Positions 49,379 through 61,505 of a DNA stretch of 64,000 bases are shown here, in pieces. Origin of the DNA: Flectonema sp. DT1601. Its lineage: Eukaryota. The DNA is taken from assembly GCA_964019425.1 (NCBI GenBank), contig OZ025803.1:1-64000 (forward strand), written 5' to 3'. The translations under genes were made by a program, and so were the position numbers. The first letter of the stretch is position 1, and each line of letters starts with the position of its first letter. A model generated the notes under the pieces. It was not told the DNA's origin, searched no databases, and was given only the letters and a program-made list of their open reading frames with translations.

Positions 49379-50752
49379 CTATTCAGAAGGTTTCACCCTT
49401 TTGACGTCGGTAGCCTGCCCTTCCCCACCCTTCTTGGAAAGCATTTTGTTTATGGCTCGCGATTCTCTTTCAAGTTTACTGGCGCGAGATGATTTCTTTA
49501 TGAGATCTAAGCGGCGGCGATCAGCTCGGGAATCTGCTTGTGGGTCCTCAGCATCGTCTTCTGCTTCGTTAATTCCAGCTGCAAAACCAGATTGGTCGGC
49601 ACCGGAAAAAGTATCAGGAAAACACTCCGTGTAGGAATCCTTGTTGGTGATTGCCGAAAGACTTTTTAGTTCAAAAATACGATCAGGAGAATGTTCGTCA
49701 TCATCATCGCTGACGCTGTTCAGATCTGCCTCGTCAAACGCGACAGCCATTTCTGCATCGCATGTATCCGCTTTGGGAAGGTTGTCTTCAGCTAGTTTAT
49801 TATTTTTATGATTCTCTAACGCACTCTCACTGTCGCTTGCCATGCTGCTTTCCTCGAGAGAGCAAACATCATCAAATATATCTCCGCTGTTTATTTCGTC
49901 AGCCAGATCCTCTCGAGGTTTTGTGACCTTCTTTTGACCTTCAATTGATTTTTCTGTTTTTTTAGGAAGTCGGAGATCAGCCAACAGTCCAATCAAATCA
50001 GCTGGTTGAGTTGGTGTAATCATTTTACCTCTCGTCGTTGTTAATCCCAAGGAACGAACAGCAACATGAGGAGGTTCATTCTTTTTAAATATAATAACAG
50101 TTTGACGTTTTGGAATGTGCTTAGTTTTGTTGAGGAGTTCTTCAATACGTCTGCCGAGTGATGTCTGAACGCCTTCCAAAGTCTTCTTTTGTTGAACTGA
50201 TTCTGAAATAGGCTCGACGAGATGCTTATGATTTATTAGTGCTCTCTGTTTTGATAATAACTGAAAATCGAGTCCCTTAACATGGTGAGTGTGCTCTTCA
50301 TCGCCTCCGAGATATTTAGATTTTGCTATTTCATTATGGATACGTTCTTGTCTTTGTTTTGATTGTTGGATATCATCGACTTCTTCAGGGTTGCTGAATT
50401 CACTTGATTTTGATTTGATGCCCAGAGATAAATATCTTTCTATGTTTTGATCTAATTGAGAGACAGCATCAGTTGTTGTCTCTTTTTCATTGTAGTCCAT
50501 ATTGATACCTAAACTTCTCTCTGCAGCTCTATCTCTGTAAGGCGTTCCATTTATTATCATTTTTGTTGATCTTTTTACTGGCGTACTCGCCACCTTTGAC
50601 TTTGCCTTTGGCGGTGGTAGCATCGCAGATTTTTTAAACCCTCCTCCTCTTTTCTGATCTCGAATCGTTTTCTTATCTAATTCTGATGCGTCGATTGGTC
50701 TACTTGGAGTTTTCATCATCGCACTGAAGTCTTTGGCGCTAAACTTACTCAT
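49379..50752 (-). CDS. IK: RED / IK spliceosomal protein
   Basis: YRDRAAER, SKYLGGDEEHTHHVKGLDFQLL and SYTECFP motifs of the RED N- and C-terminal domains. Confidence 0.85.
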   Translation of the reverse strand: MSKFSAKDFSAMMKTPSRPIDASELDKKTIRDQKRGGGFKKSAMLPPPKAKSKVASTPVKRSTKMIINGTPYRDRAAERSLGINMDYNEKETTTDAVSQLDQNIERYLSLGIKSKSSEFSNPEEVDDIQQSKQRQERIHNEIAKSKYLGGDEEHTHHVKGLDFQLLSKQRALINHKHLVEPISESVQQKKTLEGVQTSLGRRIEELLNKTKHIPKRQTVIIFKKNEPPHVAVRSLGLTTTRGKMITPTQPADLIGLLADLRLPKKTEKSIEGQKKVTKPREDLADEINSGDIFDDVCSLEESSMASDSESALENHKNNKLAEDNLPKADTCDAEMAVAFDEADLNSVSDDDDEHSPDRIFELKSLSAITNKDSYTECFPDTFSGADQSGFAAGINEAEDDAEDPQADSRADRRRLDLIKKSSRASKLERESRAINKMLSKKGGEGQATDVKRVKPSE

Positions 50753-51031
50753 CGTTTCTTTTGTTTGTTTTGTTATTCTTTTCTTACTCTTCGGTCACTG
50801 AAAGGACTGGTTGAAAAAAAGGAATTACTACCCAACAATACTAATAAAAAGATAACACAGAGTTCTTAAGGCAATCCGATCAATGTAATTCTTACTTATC
50901 TTTTATTGTTTTTTAAGAGCCTGAGAAAAGAGGATAACAAGAAAGGATGAACAACTATTCACAGGCCTGCTTCACAGGTGCATTCTGGACTGATCACAGA
51001 CAATGATTTAACACATTACGGAGACAAATAT

Positions 51032-51562
51032 TTAGTTCTTCTTCTTGATCTGCTTACGCATCATGGTGGAGACGAGCTCTCTCTTCTTCTTACCACGAAG
51101 GAAGGATCCCAATCTACGCTTGGCGAAACGAAGGGCTCTCTTCTCACGGCCAACCTTCAACAATTCAGTGAGACGCTTCTCGTATGGTGAAAGGCCGACA
51201 GCCTGTTTGGATGTTTGTTTGTTTGTTTTTGTCTTCCGTCGTTTCAGAAATAAATAAAATAATCTCACCCTCCCTCCTAAAGAATCACAACACCAGAATG
51301 ATGACATACCTCCTGAACGACTTCCTTGACGGCATTCAACTTCTTCTTGTGGAGAGCGAGTCTCTTTCCAGATCCGACTGGGTGGACACGCTTGGTGGTC
51401 TTGAAACCCTTGTTGATTCCAACACGTGCTCCGTTTCCTGATGTTGGAGTCTGTTTGTGTTGTTTTATTTTTTAATTCACTTATCAGAAATAATAATTTT
51501 GACGCTTGTTGTTTACATACCACTGCTCCATCTTTCTTCATCTCAGACCAGGTAGCAACCAT
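51032..51562 (-). CDS. RPL36: 60S ribosomal protein L36 (eL36), copy 1; exons 51562-51521, 51450-51310, 51202-51032 (117 aa)
   Basis: Spliced product contains VGINKGFKTT...VKEVVQEAVGLSPYEKRLTELLKVGREKRALRFAKRRLG. Two phase-0 GTATGT..ACAG introns. Confidence 0.93.
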   Translation of the reverse strand: MVATWSEMKKDGAVVCKQQASKLLFLISELKNKTTQTDSNIRKRSTCWNQQGFQDHQACPPSRIWKETRSPQEEVECRQGSRSGGMSSFWCCDSLGGRVRLFYLFLKRRKTKTNKQTSKQAVGLSPYEKRLTELLKVGREKRALRFAKRRLGSFLRGKKKRELVSTMMRKQIKKKN

Positions 51563-51960
51563 TTTTTATGGAACTATATCTGTGTGGGAAATATTTGGTT
51601 TAAAGGAACAAAAGGAAAGGAAATGAATCGACCTCAGATTCTTAATAGGTCCTCCGGGGGGCTTTCGTCATCAGCGTGGATATTTAAATAATTATTAAGT
51701 TAATAAAAAGATGATAATATTAATAAATTTTTTTTTTCAGCATGACAAAGACAAAACCGAATATAGTAAACAAGAAACAACAAAAAATAATCTGCTGCCG
51801 TATTCCCCCGACTAAAATCTACATGCGATAATTTGAAAAATAATTTTTTTCAAAAGAAAACGAATTTCCCTTTTGAATTCAAAGCTGCCAAAGAAAAACT
51901 CCTTTTTATTATTTTCAATCAAAACAGTGATTTCAACACTCAGATTGGTGAGTGCCAATG

Positions 51961-51992
<32 letters not shown>

Positions 51993-52078
51993 CCATTTCC
52001 TTAGTTTTAACCGACTGGGTTAATATAAACAGCAGGAGAGCATCTTTCGATATGGGCTGACCTTCTCTGAAATTACTT

Positions 52079-52113
<35 letters not shown>

Positions 52114-54401
52114 AGGGGGAAAAAAGAAATTTATCAAAGTGATATATCACGGTAATCCTGACTACACAGTCATGGTAACATTATTTTTGGATAGGATTTC
52201 CACTCACAGAGAGGTTGAATGCCGAAAAAAGTAAAACAACGAAAACATTTAGAGGGACGTAAGCTAAAACCTAACAAAAAGAATACACAAATGGATAATT
52301 AATAACTTCGACACCGATCCAGCTAACTCATATTCGAGATGAGAAAATACTGAAATGTTATTTAATTCAAACGTTGCTGTGCACAGCAACTGGGTCGTTG
52401 AATTATCTTCAGCTGAGGATGCGATACAATTTATGAAAAAATGTCTGAGAGTACGACAGAGTGATTTGGTAAGGTCCGAAAAGGTTTGAACGCGCAGTAA
52501 ATGTGTCATTCCTCCTACATCTAGTATCAGAGCCGAACTCTAAGAAAGTCTCCTTGAGAGGGTTAACACGATTTAATTATTTAAACTACTTTCAACATTA
52601 AAGTCACATAAATAAGAAATGACTCCACCGTTATTGAGTTCACAAATGAAACGTAAATTATGAGATTTGTGGAGCAGGAAAAAGAATGCAAAAAAAAAAA
52701 AAAAAAAAAAAATACTAAAGCGCAAGAAGGTCAGAATAGCTAAATTACCACCAGATCCCCACAATAGCTTGCCCCGCAATTCCTTTCGGATTCAGTTGCC
52801 TTCTTTTCCTGTTCTGAGTGATATGCCAAAGTTCAGCACGTAGATCTTCAACTGCTGAGGTCGGTAAGAAGTAAATCGCAACCACATTGGCCTGCCGTAA
52901 GACGAGTCCCACAAGTGTGGTCCGAGGACTACACTTAATTCAGAAGAAATCAACACCTATTCACCAGCTGCCCAAGAAGAGTGCACCTGATATGATTTTG
53001 ATTCAGGTTTCGGGAAAGAAATTTTAAAAGAAAAACAGAGCTATTGTTTACCTTTTTTAATAGTAGTTTTTTTTTTTTTTTTTTTTTAAAAACATGACGA
53101 GTCTGATATTCCGAATTAATAAAAAAGCAACTTGTGACAAAACAATCGAAAATTAAAAAAAAAGAAAGACGTAAAAAAGGGACCGAGGGTAGTAGTCACC
53201 GAAACAAAACGAAATAATGCTCCAACGAGTTATCGTCGGGTAGAACTCATCACTTCCCCGGGACCAAAACAACTTCAGGAGGAACTATAATGTCACAGGT
53301 GATGTCCCGAAGTTCCTTTTTTTTTTTTTTTGTTGTTGTTTTTTTTCTTTTTTCCCATGGAAGAGTGTGGAGAGAATCCGCAAGTCCACCCCTGAGAAAA
53401 TTAGGAAAAGGGCGAACAAAAAAAAAAAAAAAAAATGGTAGGGGAGTGAAATAGAAATGTTCCTTACAACATAAACGTAACAACAATTCACACATGACGA
53501 ATTAACAAGAAAGCAGCGGAAACATCTGCAGTGCCCTTTGGAAGAACAAACCTAGTCTGCGGGCGCAAGATAAACTCTCTCTCCGAACTTCAGACATCAA
53601 TAGTGAAGACAGCCGCAAACACCCCCCAGAGTGTTACATTTCTAATTTGATAGATTTCGGGAGACAACTTTTTCTCAAACAAAGACCCGAAGAAAAAGGA
53701 ATAATAACGATAAATAAAAACAAAACAGAAAACACACATTTTTTCTTAACCTAGAGCTTCAAGCCAAGCAAGATGGCCTCACCAAAATTGTTTGACAGCG
53801 AAAGAGGGACAACTTTTAAATAGAAAACCTTTAGTGATATGGGCAGGCTAACAAGGAAGACTAGAGAGTCAAGAAGAGTCAACAGGTTGAACTCACTTAC
53901 ACGATATCCACCAGTCAATAACAAGAACATAACTTTATTTTATAAAGTCAGCACCAATTTAATTTGCCTTTCTTAGTTTTTGGTTTTTTTTTGAAATCCC
54001 ACGCGCCTTTTTTTTTTTTTTAAAAAAACTTGTAACATTTTTTTTTTTTTTGTTTTGTTTTTTTGTTTTAAAGAAAAGCTGCTCTATAATTGCTACTCCC
54101 TTTTGTTAATTTTAAGAACGGGTAATACAGATACATTAAAAAAAATAAATAAATAAAAAAGAAGGAAAAAAAAGGAGGGGAAATTTTTTGAAAACGTTTT
54201 TTTTTTTTTTTTTTCTTCTTCTTCGGTTTACCTGAGAGAATCGATTCAGAGGATCGATCGTCCTGTTCTTCTCTTTTCGTGTTTCATTTTTATTTAAATA
54301 CAACAAATCATGCTTTATAGAAAAAGAATAGACAGATATCGTTTCCCAAAAACAGACTTGAGTTTTTTAAAGGAGGAAAGAAAAACGAAGATTCCTTTTT
54401 T

Positions 54402-57017
54402 TTAAGTTTCCAGAGGTACGTCATCAACTTCCCCAAGTTCCATATCACCGCAATCGCCACTCCGCCAATCAACAGTTGTGTCTTGCTCCAGTAGTCTGAT
54501 GTCTGCAACGCTGTCGAGTACCTTTTTACGATACCAAAGTACAACAATAAAACTAATGACACAAAGAGCTACCAACCCACACAACAAAGGAAGTACAAGT
54601 GGCGTATCGAAGGTTCCCGACACATAAGATCGTGAAGGTGTATAAGGAGATGGTTGAGGACCACTTGGCACAGTAGTTACAGGAGAATGAGTACCAGGTA
54701 TGGCTGTCTCAGGTGCTTCTGTATTCTGAGCTTTGCAAGTAGTTGAAGGAAACGGTCGTGAAGGACTGGGTAGTTCATTTGGTAACCAGGTCACATTCTT
54801 GTCAACTGGGGTGAAGACCACGTTGTATATATGACCTGCTTCACCAACCCATGTGCCCATCCAGTAGTGTTTAGCAAGTTGTGTTAAAAATAAATTCTTC
54901 TCAGCGCCTATTACGACAGCTGTTGTTATGGATATTGATTCTCCCTCAGCTGAGTACGTGTTGTTTAGAATTTGTAATCGGGTTTGCTGACCATCAAAAT
55001 ATGAGTTGCCGCTGAAAAAGTGAGCCCCCGTCTTTGCCACTCCCTCACTGACTTCCCCTCCATAGTAATCATGCATTAGAGCCTCTCCTCTCACGTTTAC
55101 CATAAATAAATAATTACCGACTACCAATTGAAATCTATCTTGTTCGACTTCAACAACAAATAATTTTTCTCCGTAGACCACTTTAGAAATAATGTTCATA
55201 TTCGTAGCTACAGATCCATCTGAAGAGAACGTTTGGAATACAATTCGAGTGTTGAGTGAAGATGAATAGAAGGAATTACAAGGTCCTTCTTGCCATATAA
55301 TTGAGAACTCAGCTGATGGATAAATAGCAATAGATGGAATACCTTGACAAGGGTACCCTTCATTAGTTGGAACTAACATCTCAGAACAGAATTCACCCGT
55401 CGATTTGAGTAATCGATAATGTACTTGAGAAACATTATTCTCTAACGCAACCCAAGCAACTACATGTGAATACCATTGGCTTGTTGCGTGATGTTCTATT
55501 ATGGTTTCTTGACTACCAGCACCCCCCACAGCCATCTTCATGTATGAACTCCTAAACAAAGAATCCGCAGTGTACAGCTCTATATAATTCGTTACTTCTG
55601 TATCATAAACAAGTACGAAATCTCTGGTGTTTTGTTGAACCGAAATTTGAATATTTGTGGCGTCCACATCAATATCGAGTAGTTGATTATTTCCAATTTT
55701 AACCATGCTGGAGGTTGAATCAAGAACTTGGGCAGTGACACCTGCATCAGAATTCCATAAAACAGGAGTTATTTTTGTTCCTATAATCGACACTGGGCGG
55801 TGATTGTATTGGCTGGCTGTGTCACTCAACGTTTGAGGAGTCAGGTACCTTGATTTGTCCTCCAGCACGCTCACAATCATAGCGGAAAGTATGACTGGTC
55901 TTGCGCCGGCCTTACCAGAAAACCCGACTACATACGTGCCATCATTTATTTTAATAAATGAAGGCCGATGAAGACCTACTACAGCGTTTATTTTCTTTTC
56001 AAACGTAGTCGATTCAAAATAAAAATTAGCTCTCGCTCTGACAATCGTAACGTAAACTGGAGGATTGCTGTGACCCTTATCACTACTGACTGCGGCGTAG
56101 GAACATCCGTTGGGACATTTTTTGGGATTTTTTCCGAAACCTTCAGCGAGAGTAAACTTTCTCTTATTAAGAGAAAACGTATAAAGATAACTTCCCACTG
56201 AGACGTACATTATATTTCCACCACCGCTTATGACGGCCATGGCTGATTGAGATGTCCGTACAGGTAGAACTTCCTCATAAAGAACTACTTGCTGAATTAA
56301 GTTAATAAGAGACACATACGTCGTACTTAGAAGCTGACCTGTCTTCCAAGCCACGACAATGGATTGCTCAAATACATCTAACGAGGTTGCAATTATTAAT
56401 GAATTTCTTATGAAGACTTCTTGTGGTTCATTATATTCGAATTCCGCAGTAGTCGCATTGTAGTAAACAGATGATATAATTATCGAATAATTCTCATTCT
56501 CAAAACTTGTCCAAACCACTGCAATTGAATTTTCACTGAATGAGGGAGCAGAGACTGCTGAGTAACTGTATCCTGAGTGATGTATTCGACGAATGGTTTG
56601 CGTGTTATCACCAGTAAAAAGATCGTAGACTGAGTAGTGAATTTGTCCGCTGAAATCCCAAAAGCAGACAACGTGTTGGGAGTCAGGGATCTTTACGATT
56701 GTCACATTCGAGCCGTCCTTAGTAATTTGGAAGCCTCCTTTTAAACCTAATCCTTTACTTAAACTCATTGCTTCACCATACACTCCATCAGAGCTGTTCG
56801 CTCCATTGCTCAGCTTTTCCCACGCAAACATTACTCCGCTTTCGCTACCATCGCCAACCACTCCGATTGCGTGTGAATCGCCCTTCCCGAAGACATTAAT
56901 TTTAGAGCCCTCTGCCCATATTCTCTCAGGACCCAGAGGATAGACGTCTCTGACTACAACAGTTGAGAAAACATAAGTTGGGATGAGTAGCAGCAGTTGC
57001 AGATAACACAAATTCAT
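54402..57017 (-). CDS. Type I membrane protein (signal peptide, large beta-rich ectodomain, P/S/T stalk, single TM, short tail)
   Basis: 871-aa ATG ORF with an N-terminal hydrophobic signal; TM LVLPLLCGLVALCVISFIVVLWY followed by RKK. Confidence 0.82.
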   Translation of the reverse strand: MNLCYLQLLLLIPTYVFSTVVVRDVYPLGPERIWAEGSKINVFGKGDSHAIGVVGDGSESGVMFAWEKLSNGANSSDGVYGEAMSLSKGLGLKGGFQITKDGSNVTIVKIPDSQHVVCFWDFSGQIHYSVYDLFTGDNTQTIRRIHHSGYSYSAVSAPSFSENSIAVVWTSFENENYSIIISSVYYNATTAEFEYNEPQEVFIRNSLIIATSLDVFEQSIVVAWKTGQLLSTTYVSLINLIQQVVLYEEVLPVRTSQSAMAVISGGGNIMYVSVGSYLYTFSLNKRKFTLAEGFGKNPKKCPNGCSYAAVSSDKGHSNPPVYVTIVRARANFYFESTTFEKKINAVVGLHRPSFIKINDGTYVVGFSGKAGARPVILSAMIVSVLEDKSRYLTPQTLSDTASQYNHRPVSIIGTKITPVLWNSDAGVTAQVLDSTSSMVKIGNNQLLDIDVDATNIQISVQQNTRDFVLVYDTEVTNYIELYTADSLFRSSYMKMAVGGAGSQETIIEHHATSQWYSHVVAWVALENNVSQVHYRLLKSTGEFCSEMLVPTNEGYPCQGIPSIAIYPSAEFSIIWQEGPCNSFYSSSLNTRIVFQTFSSDGSVATNMNIISKVVYGEKLFVVEVEQDRFQLVVGNYLFMVNVRGEALMHDYYGGEVSEGVAKTGAHFFSGNSYFDGQQTRLQILNNTYSAEGESISITTAVVIGAEKNLFLTQLAKHYWMGTWVGEAGHIYNVVFTPVDKNVTWLPNELPSPSRPFPSTTCKAQNTEAPETAIPGTHSPVTTVPSGPQPSPYTPSRSYVSGTFDTPLVLPLLCGLVALCVISFIVVLWYRKKVLDSVADIRLLEQDTTVDWRSGDCGDMELGEVDDVPLET

Positions 57018-57235
57018 CAGTTCATAATTTTTTTAAATTTTGTGATTCTAAAAAAAGAATATTATCGGAATTAAATACAACTATCACTTAAAGATATCAA
57101 TCGCACTGCGTCTGGAAGATGTTTGTTGCTCGCTGAGGGGGAGAACATAATTTATTAACCACTAGTAGACCTGCTTCACAGGTACATTCTGGACTGATCA
57201 CAGACAATGATTTAACACATTACGGAGACAAATAT

Positions 57236-57770
57236 TTAGTTCTTCTTCTTGATCTGCTTACGCATCATGGTGGAGACGAGCTCTCTCTTCTTCTTACCAC
57301 GAAGGAAGGATCCCAATCTACGCTTGGCGAAACGAAGGGCTCTCTTCTCACGGCCAACCTTCAACAATTCAGTGAGACGCTTCTCGTATGGTGAAAGGCC
57401 GACAGCCTGTTTGGATGTTTGTTTGTTTGTTTGTTTTTGTCTTCCGTCGTTTCAGAAATAAATAAAACAATCTCACCCTCCCTCCTAAAGAATCACAACA
57501 CCAGAATGATGACATACCTCCTGAACGACTTCCTTGACGGCATTCAACTTCTTCTTGTGGAGAGCGAGTCTCTTTCCAGATCCGACTGGGTGGACACGCT
57601 TGGTGGTCTTGAAACCCTTGTTGATTCCAACACGTGCTCCGTTTCCTGATGTTGGAGTCTGTTTGTGTTGTTTTATTTTTTAATTCACTTATCAGAAATA
57701 ATAATTTTGACGCTTGTTGTTTACATACCACTGCTCCATCTTTCTTCATCTCAGACCAGGTAGCAACCAT
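57236..57770 (-). CDS. RPL36: RPL36 copy 2; exons 57770-57729, 57658-57518, 57406-57236
   Basis: Near-identical to copy 1, including both introns and ~65 bp of 3' flank. Confidence 0.92.
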
Positions 57771-58095
57771 TTTTTATGTCTGTAGTATTGACCCTGAAAG
57801 GGAGTGATGGGAAAAAGTAATAATCATTTTACTCTTGAGTGTTTGAAGGAGATTCATTGATTCGTTCAACCATTACTAACATCATATTAATAATAATGTG
57901 TTTTACTATAAAGTGATAAATAGTAGTCACTTCCAACACAGCATGTCGGTCGATGCGAGGAAGACGTTCCTCACAACGAACTGACTAACCAGAACGTTAA
58001 CTTTTCATACGGTCGCCTCCAAACTGATAAACTCATAAACTTTTTTTTTTTTTCAGTTTCATCATTTCAACAAAACATCACTTTAATGTTCATGC

Positions 58096-58670
58096 TTAGT
58101 TCTTCTTCTTGATCTGCTTACGCATCATGGTGGAGACGAGCTCTCTCTTCTTCTTACCACGAAGGAAGGATCCCAATCTACGCTTGGCGAAACGAAGGGC
58201 TCTCTTCTCACGGCCAACCTTCAACAATTCAGTGAGACGCTTCTCGTATGGTGAAAGGCCGACAGCCTGTTTAGATGTTTGTTTGTTTGTTTGTTTTGTC
58301 TTCCGTCGTTTCAGAAATAAATAAAACAATCTCACCCTCCCTCCTAAAGAATTACAACACCAGAATGATGACATACCTCCTGAACGACTTCCTTGACGGC
58401 ATTCAACTTCTTCTTGTGGAGAGCGAGTCTCTTTCCAGATCCGACTGGGTGGACACGCTTGGTGGTCTTGAAACCCTTGTTGATTCCAACACGTGCTCCG
58501 TTTCCTGATGTTGGAGTCTGTTTGTGTTGTTTTATTTCTAATCTCAAATGATGAATAATATTATTGTTCCATCTCGAGAATGAGTAGCAACAAGTGAACC
58601 GTTTCACTTAAAACATTAAAACACATACCACGGCTCCATCCTTCTTCATTTCAGTCCAAGTGGCGACCAT
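58096..58670 (-). CDS. RPL36: RPL36 copy 3; exons 58670-58629, 58517-58377, 58266-58096
   Basis: Same exon 2/3 and intron 2 as the other copies; diverged exon 1 (MVATWTEMKKDGAV) and a different, longer intron 1. Confidence 0.92.
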
Positions 58671-59159
58671 TTTAACACTTAATCAGCTTTGATGAGGAAA
58701 AGAACAATTAAAAATATAAACCAACAATTGCATAAACGAAAAACTACCACTGACAGATAAATAAAAATAATTCAAAACATCTGTGAGAGAAGTAAGTTGA
58801 AATGTTATATACACCACACAGATAGATAACAATACTCCGTTTGTAACATTTTAAATAAGAAAAATAAATAAATTTAAAAAAAAAAAAAAAAAAAAAATGA
58901 AATCTATTTGAAAACTATAATTACACAATTATCTAGAAAGAAAATAAAAGGGAAGTTAAATACTTTAACACAGTACACAGCACTACAACAATCTAAGTCT
59001 GTGTATGTACTGAGGAGGAACAGAAATCTTTTGTTGTTATTGAACAACAACACGTGTCCGTAACAAGAGTCACAGAGATAGATAATAATTATCAAATGCT
59101 GACTGCAGACGATAGGAACAGATCGCATTAATAAAGAACAGACTTCTCACTCGACAGAA

Positions 59160-60251
59160 TCATCTCCACCTCGGCATGTTTTCCTTTCCTTTAGAACGAG
59201 ACTTTCTATCACTGCTGACGGTACGTTGTTTGCTGGGATGCATTCCCATCATCCGAGAGCGGTCTGGAGAGTTTGGATCTATCACAGCAAGAGGTTGATG
59301 TTGAGGTTGAGGTTGATGAGAAGAAGTAAATAAATGTGTGAATAACGTAGACGGTGGTAACTTCAGTGTCGTCTGAGGTAGTGGCTGTTGCTGAACCACA
59401 ACAGGAGGAGGATGTTGAAGTATTCTCCTTCCGGGGATCTGACGAAGGACTTGCTCCAACTTTTCGTGAGCAGCAATTCTGGTCGAGCGCTCAGTGTGGA
59501 GCTGCTTCGCAAGTCTTTCTACTACTTTTTCAAAAAGTTCGAGGAAGTTCGCCTCCGATGCGTCCCTCTCCATCCTAACCTTTTCAATATTTTCATACAG
59601 TGATGCCAATTCCCTTTGTAGATGAACTACTTTAGCCTGCTCAACAGCGTTACTTTCAGGTGTTTGATCCATCAGTTTATCCTCCACTCTGGCTAAGATC
59701 TCTGCTGGAGTAACATAACTGTTAATTAAATTATATTGATCAAGACAGTGTCGGATGTCTGCTTCAATCTGAAGTAGTTTAGAATCAAAATTTCTCAGTC
59801 CTGTTGCCCGACCCTCAACACCATTATCGAATATTCCCTGAAGGGTAAACGCAGCAGGGTTAGTGGCGGTGTCACTGCCGCATTGTTCAGAAAGCTCTTG
59901 TGCTGCGTGTCGAAGTGTTTTGATAACGGAGGCCATTTCACCTGATCGTTGCCGACGTTCAACCGAATAGTCGTATGTGTTAATAGCTAGCTCAGTGTTA
60001 TTTATCCTTTGTGATATAACGTCAATTGCTATCGTCAATCTGTTGCTTTCTAATCCAATCAAATCCGCAGACTTCGGAACTACTGAAGGAATACCTGGCG
60101 GTGGTGGTGGTGGAGACGGACTTACAAATCTTCCAACTTGAGGCGCCTGCATACCAACTTCTTCAACAATTGGACACCCCAAGTCAGTTGCTACGTGGCT
60201 ATATCTCATCACCTGCCCGAGGACGATATCCTTAAAATGATCAGCTTGCAT
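59160..60251 (-). CDS. Hypothetical coiled-coil protein with proline-rich segments
   Basis: 363-aa ATG ORF with an E/Q/L heptad-like region; no recognised family. Confidence 0.7.
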   Translation of the reverse strand: MQADHFKDIVLGQVMRYSHVATDLGCPIVEEVGMQAPQVGRFVSPSPPPPPPGIPSVVPKSADLIGLESNRLTIAIDVISQRINNTELAINTYDYSVERRQRSGEMASVIKTLRHAAQELSEQCGSDTATNPAAFTLQGIFDNGVEGRATGLRNFDSKLLQIEADIRHCLDQYNLINSYVTPAEILARVEDKLMDQTPESNAVEQAKVVHLQRELASLYENIEKVRMERDASEANFLELFEKVVERLAKQLHTERSTRIAAHEKLEQVLRQIPGRRILQHPPPVVVQQQPLPQTTLKLPPSTLFTHLFTSSHQPQPQHQPLAVIDPNSPDRSRMMGMHPSKQRTVSSDRKSRSKGKENMPRWR

Positions 60252-60691
60252 GTTGTGTGTGGCAGGGGAGGTAATCCTCCCTTTCCTGAATAAATTAAAC
60301 CAATGGGAATACTAATTCTGTTTAGCTGTCCATAAATAACACAACCATGGCGATGGTCTTCAAGACCTGTTAAAAAATTAGATTTGTCGGAAATCACTTC
60401 TTCGAATCGAATTGAAGGTCGACTTTGAAGTTGAAAACAGAAACAAACTACAAATCGATGCTGGCTAGCCAGTCGTGGAAGATGAAAGGGAAAGCAGCTA
60501 TGTACAAAAACTCCACTAACGCACTGCAGACAGAAAATAAGATTGTCAGCGACAAAGATCTTATTTTCAGTCATACTTCCGGTGCGAAACAATATCGGAC
60601 TTGTTCAGTCTGTCGAGAGTCGCTAATTGTGATGTCACAAATACGACTCAAACCTTAATAGGTGATTGTCTGGCTTCCGAGTACAAGAGAA

Positions 60692-61459
60692 CTAAATTAC
60701 TGGAGCGCTAACGGGAATACTTGACCCAAGTGGTGGAAGGTTAATCCACTCGTCTCTGTTACTGAGTGTGAAACTCTTCGGGTTGAGAGACGCCTGTCGG
60801 ATTCTCTCATCTTCTCGCAGTCTTTCCTTAGCGCGAGACTGCTCTCGAGAAGCTCGCGCTACAATCTTTTCAGGAGAGCGATACTTCTTCGGAGTTACAC
60901 GAATCTTATTCAGCGTCGAGTAATTAATATGAGGTTTAACAGGAGAGTGGAATATGTTACTCTTTTCCTTCGTAAGAGTAGTACTTATATCCCATTCTTT
61001 CTCTTGTTTATAAGAAGGCTGCAGAGTGTCGCAGAAGTCGGTTCGGCTCAGGTCACCTCCAACGTTTTTCTTTACTACGAGTTTTCGTTCTTTCTCACTG
61101 AGCAGCAGGGAGGCATCCGGTTGAAACTTATTCCGCTTTGGTAGAAAGACGTTGTCTTTGTAACATGTGGGTAGTTTCTGTGCTCTAAAGTTGTGTTGCA
61201 TCTTTGTTGTTTGAAATACTGCGAGTTCTCTTTTCATCGCTCGGTCAGGAAATTTCTGCCAAGGATGTGACGTGCCTTGGTTCCACTTTTCCTTTTCACC
61301 AAGTCGGTGTTCTTCTTTCCATGCTAAGACTTCTTCTCGTCGGATTCCTTGAGTAGATTCAGAATCGATTGGTTCAAATGCATTAGTTGACCTCCCAACG
61401 TGAATAGCAGTTATGGAACCAGGGAACCCGGCAAACTTTGACCTCGGCTTCGACGTCAT
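60692..61459 (-). CDS. Hypothetical basic protein (~255 aa)
   Basis: Open ORF co-oriented with its neighbours; likely start MTSKPR; no recognised family. Confidence 0.65.
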   Translation of the reverse strand: MTSKPRSKFAGFPGSITAIHVGRSTNAFEPIDSESTQGIRREEVLAWKEEHRLGEKEKWNQGTSHPWQKFPDRAMKRELAVFQTTKMQHNFRAQKLPTCYKDNVFLPKRNKFQPDASLLLSEKERKLVVKKNVGGDLSRTDFCDTLQPSYKQEKEWDISTTLTKEKSNIFHSPVKPHINYSTLNKIRVTPKKYRSPEKIVARASREQSRAKERLREDERIRQASLNPKSFTLSNRDEWINLPPLGSSIPVSAPVI

Positions 61460-61505
61460 CTTCTTGAGATGCAATGGGGGTAAGGACCCCCTTCTGTGAG
61501 ATATT

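Noticed and set aside
51203..51309. Possible intronic C/D snoRNA in RPL36 intron 2 (GTGATT...CTGA with a weak terminal stem)
   Set aside because: Box C is degenerate, and TTTCTGA also occurs in intron 1 at a branch-point-like position; not supportable without a search.
51032..51562. 176-aa unspliced ORF as the RPL36 product
   Set aside because: It reads through introns in the wrong frame; the spliced 117-aa model restores the eL36 sequence.
52400..52480. Kinase-C-lobe-like peptide (LSSAEDAIQFMKKCLRV) on +
   Set aside because: Too short and no other kinase motifs nearby.
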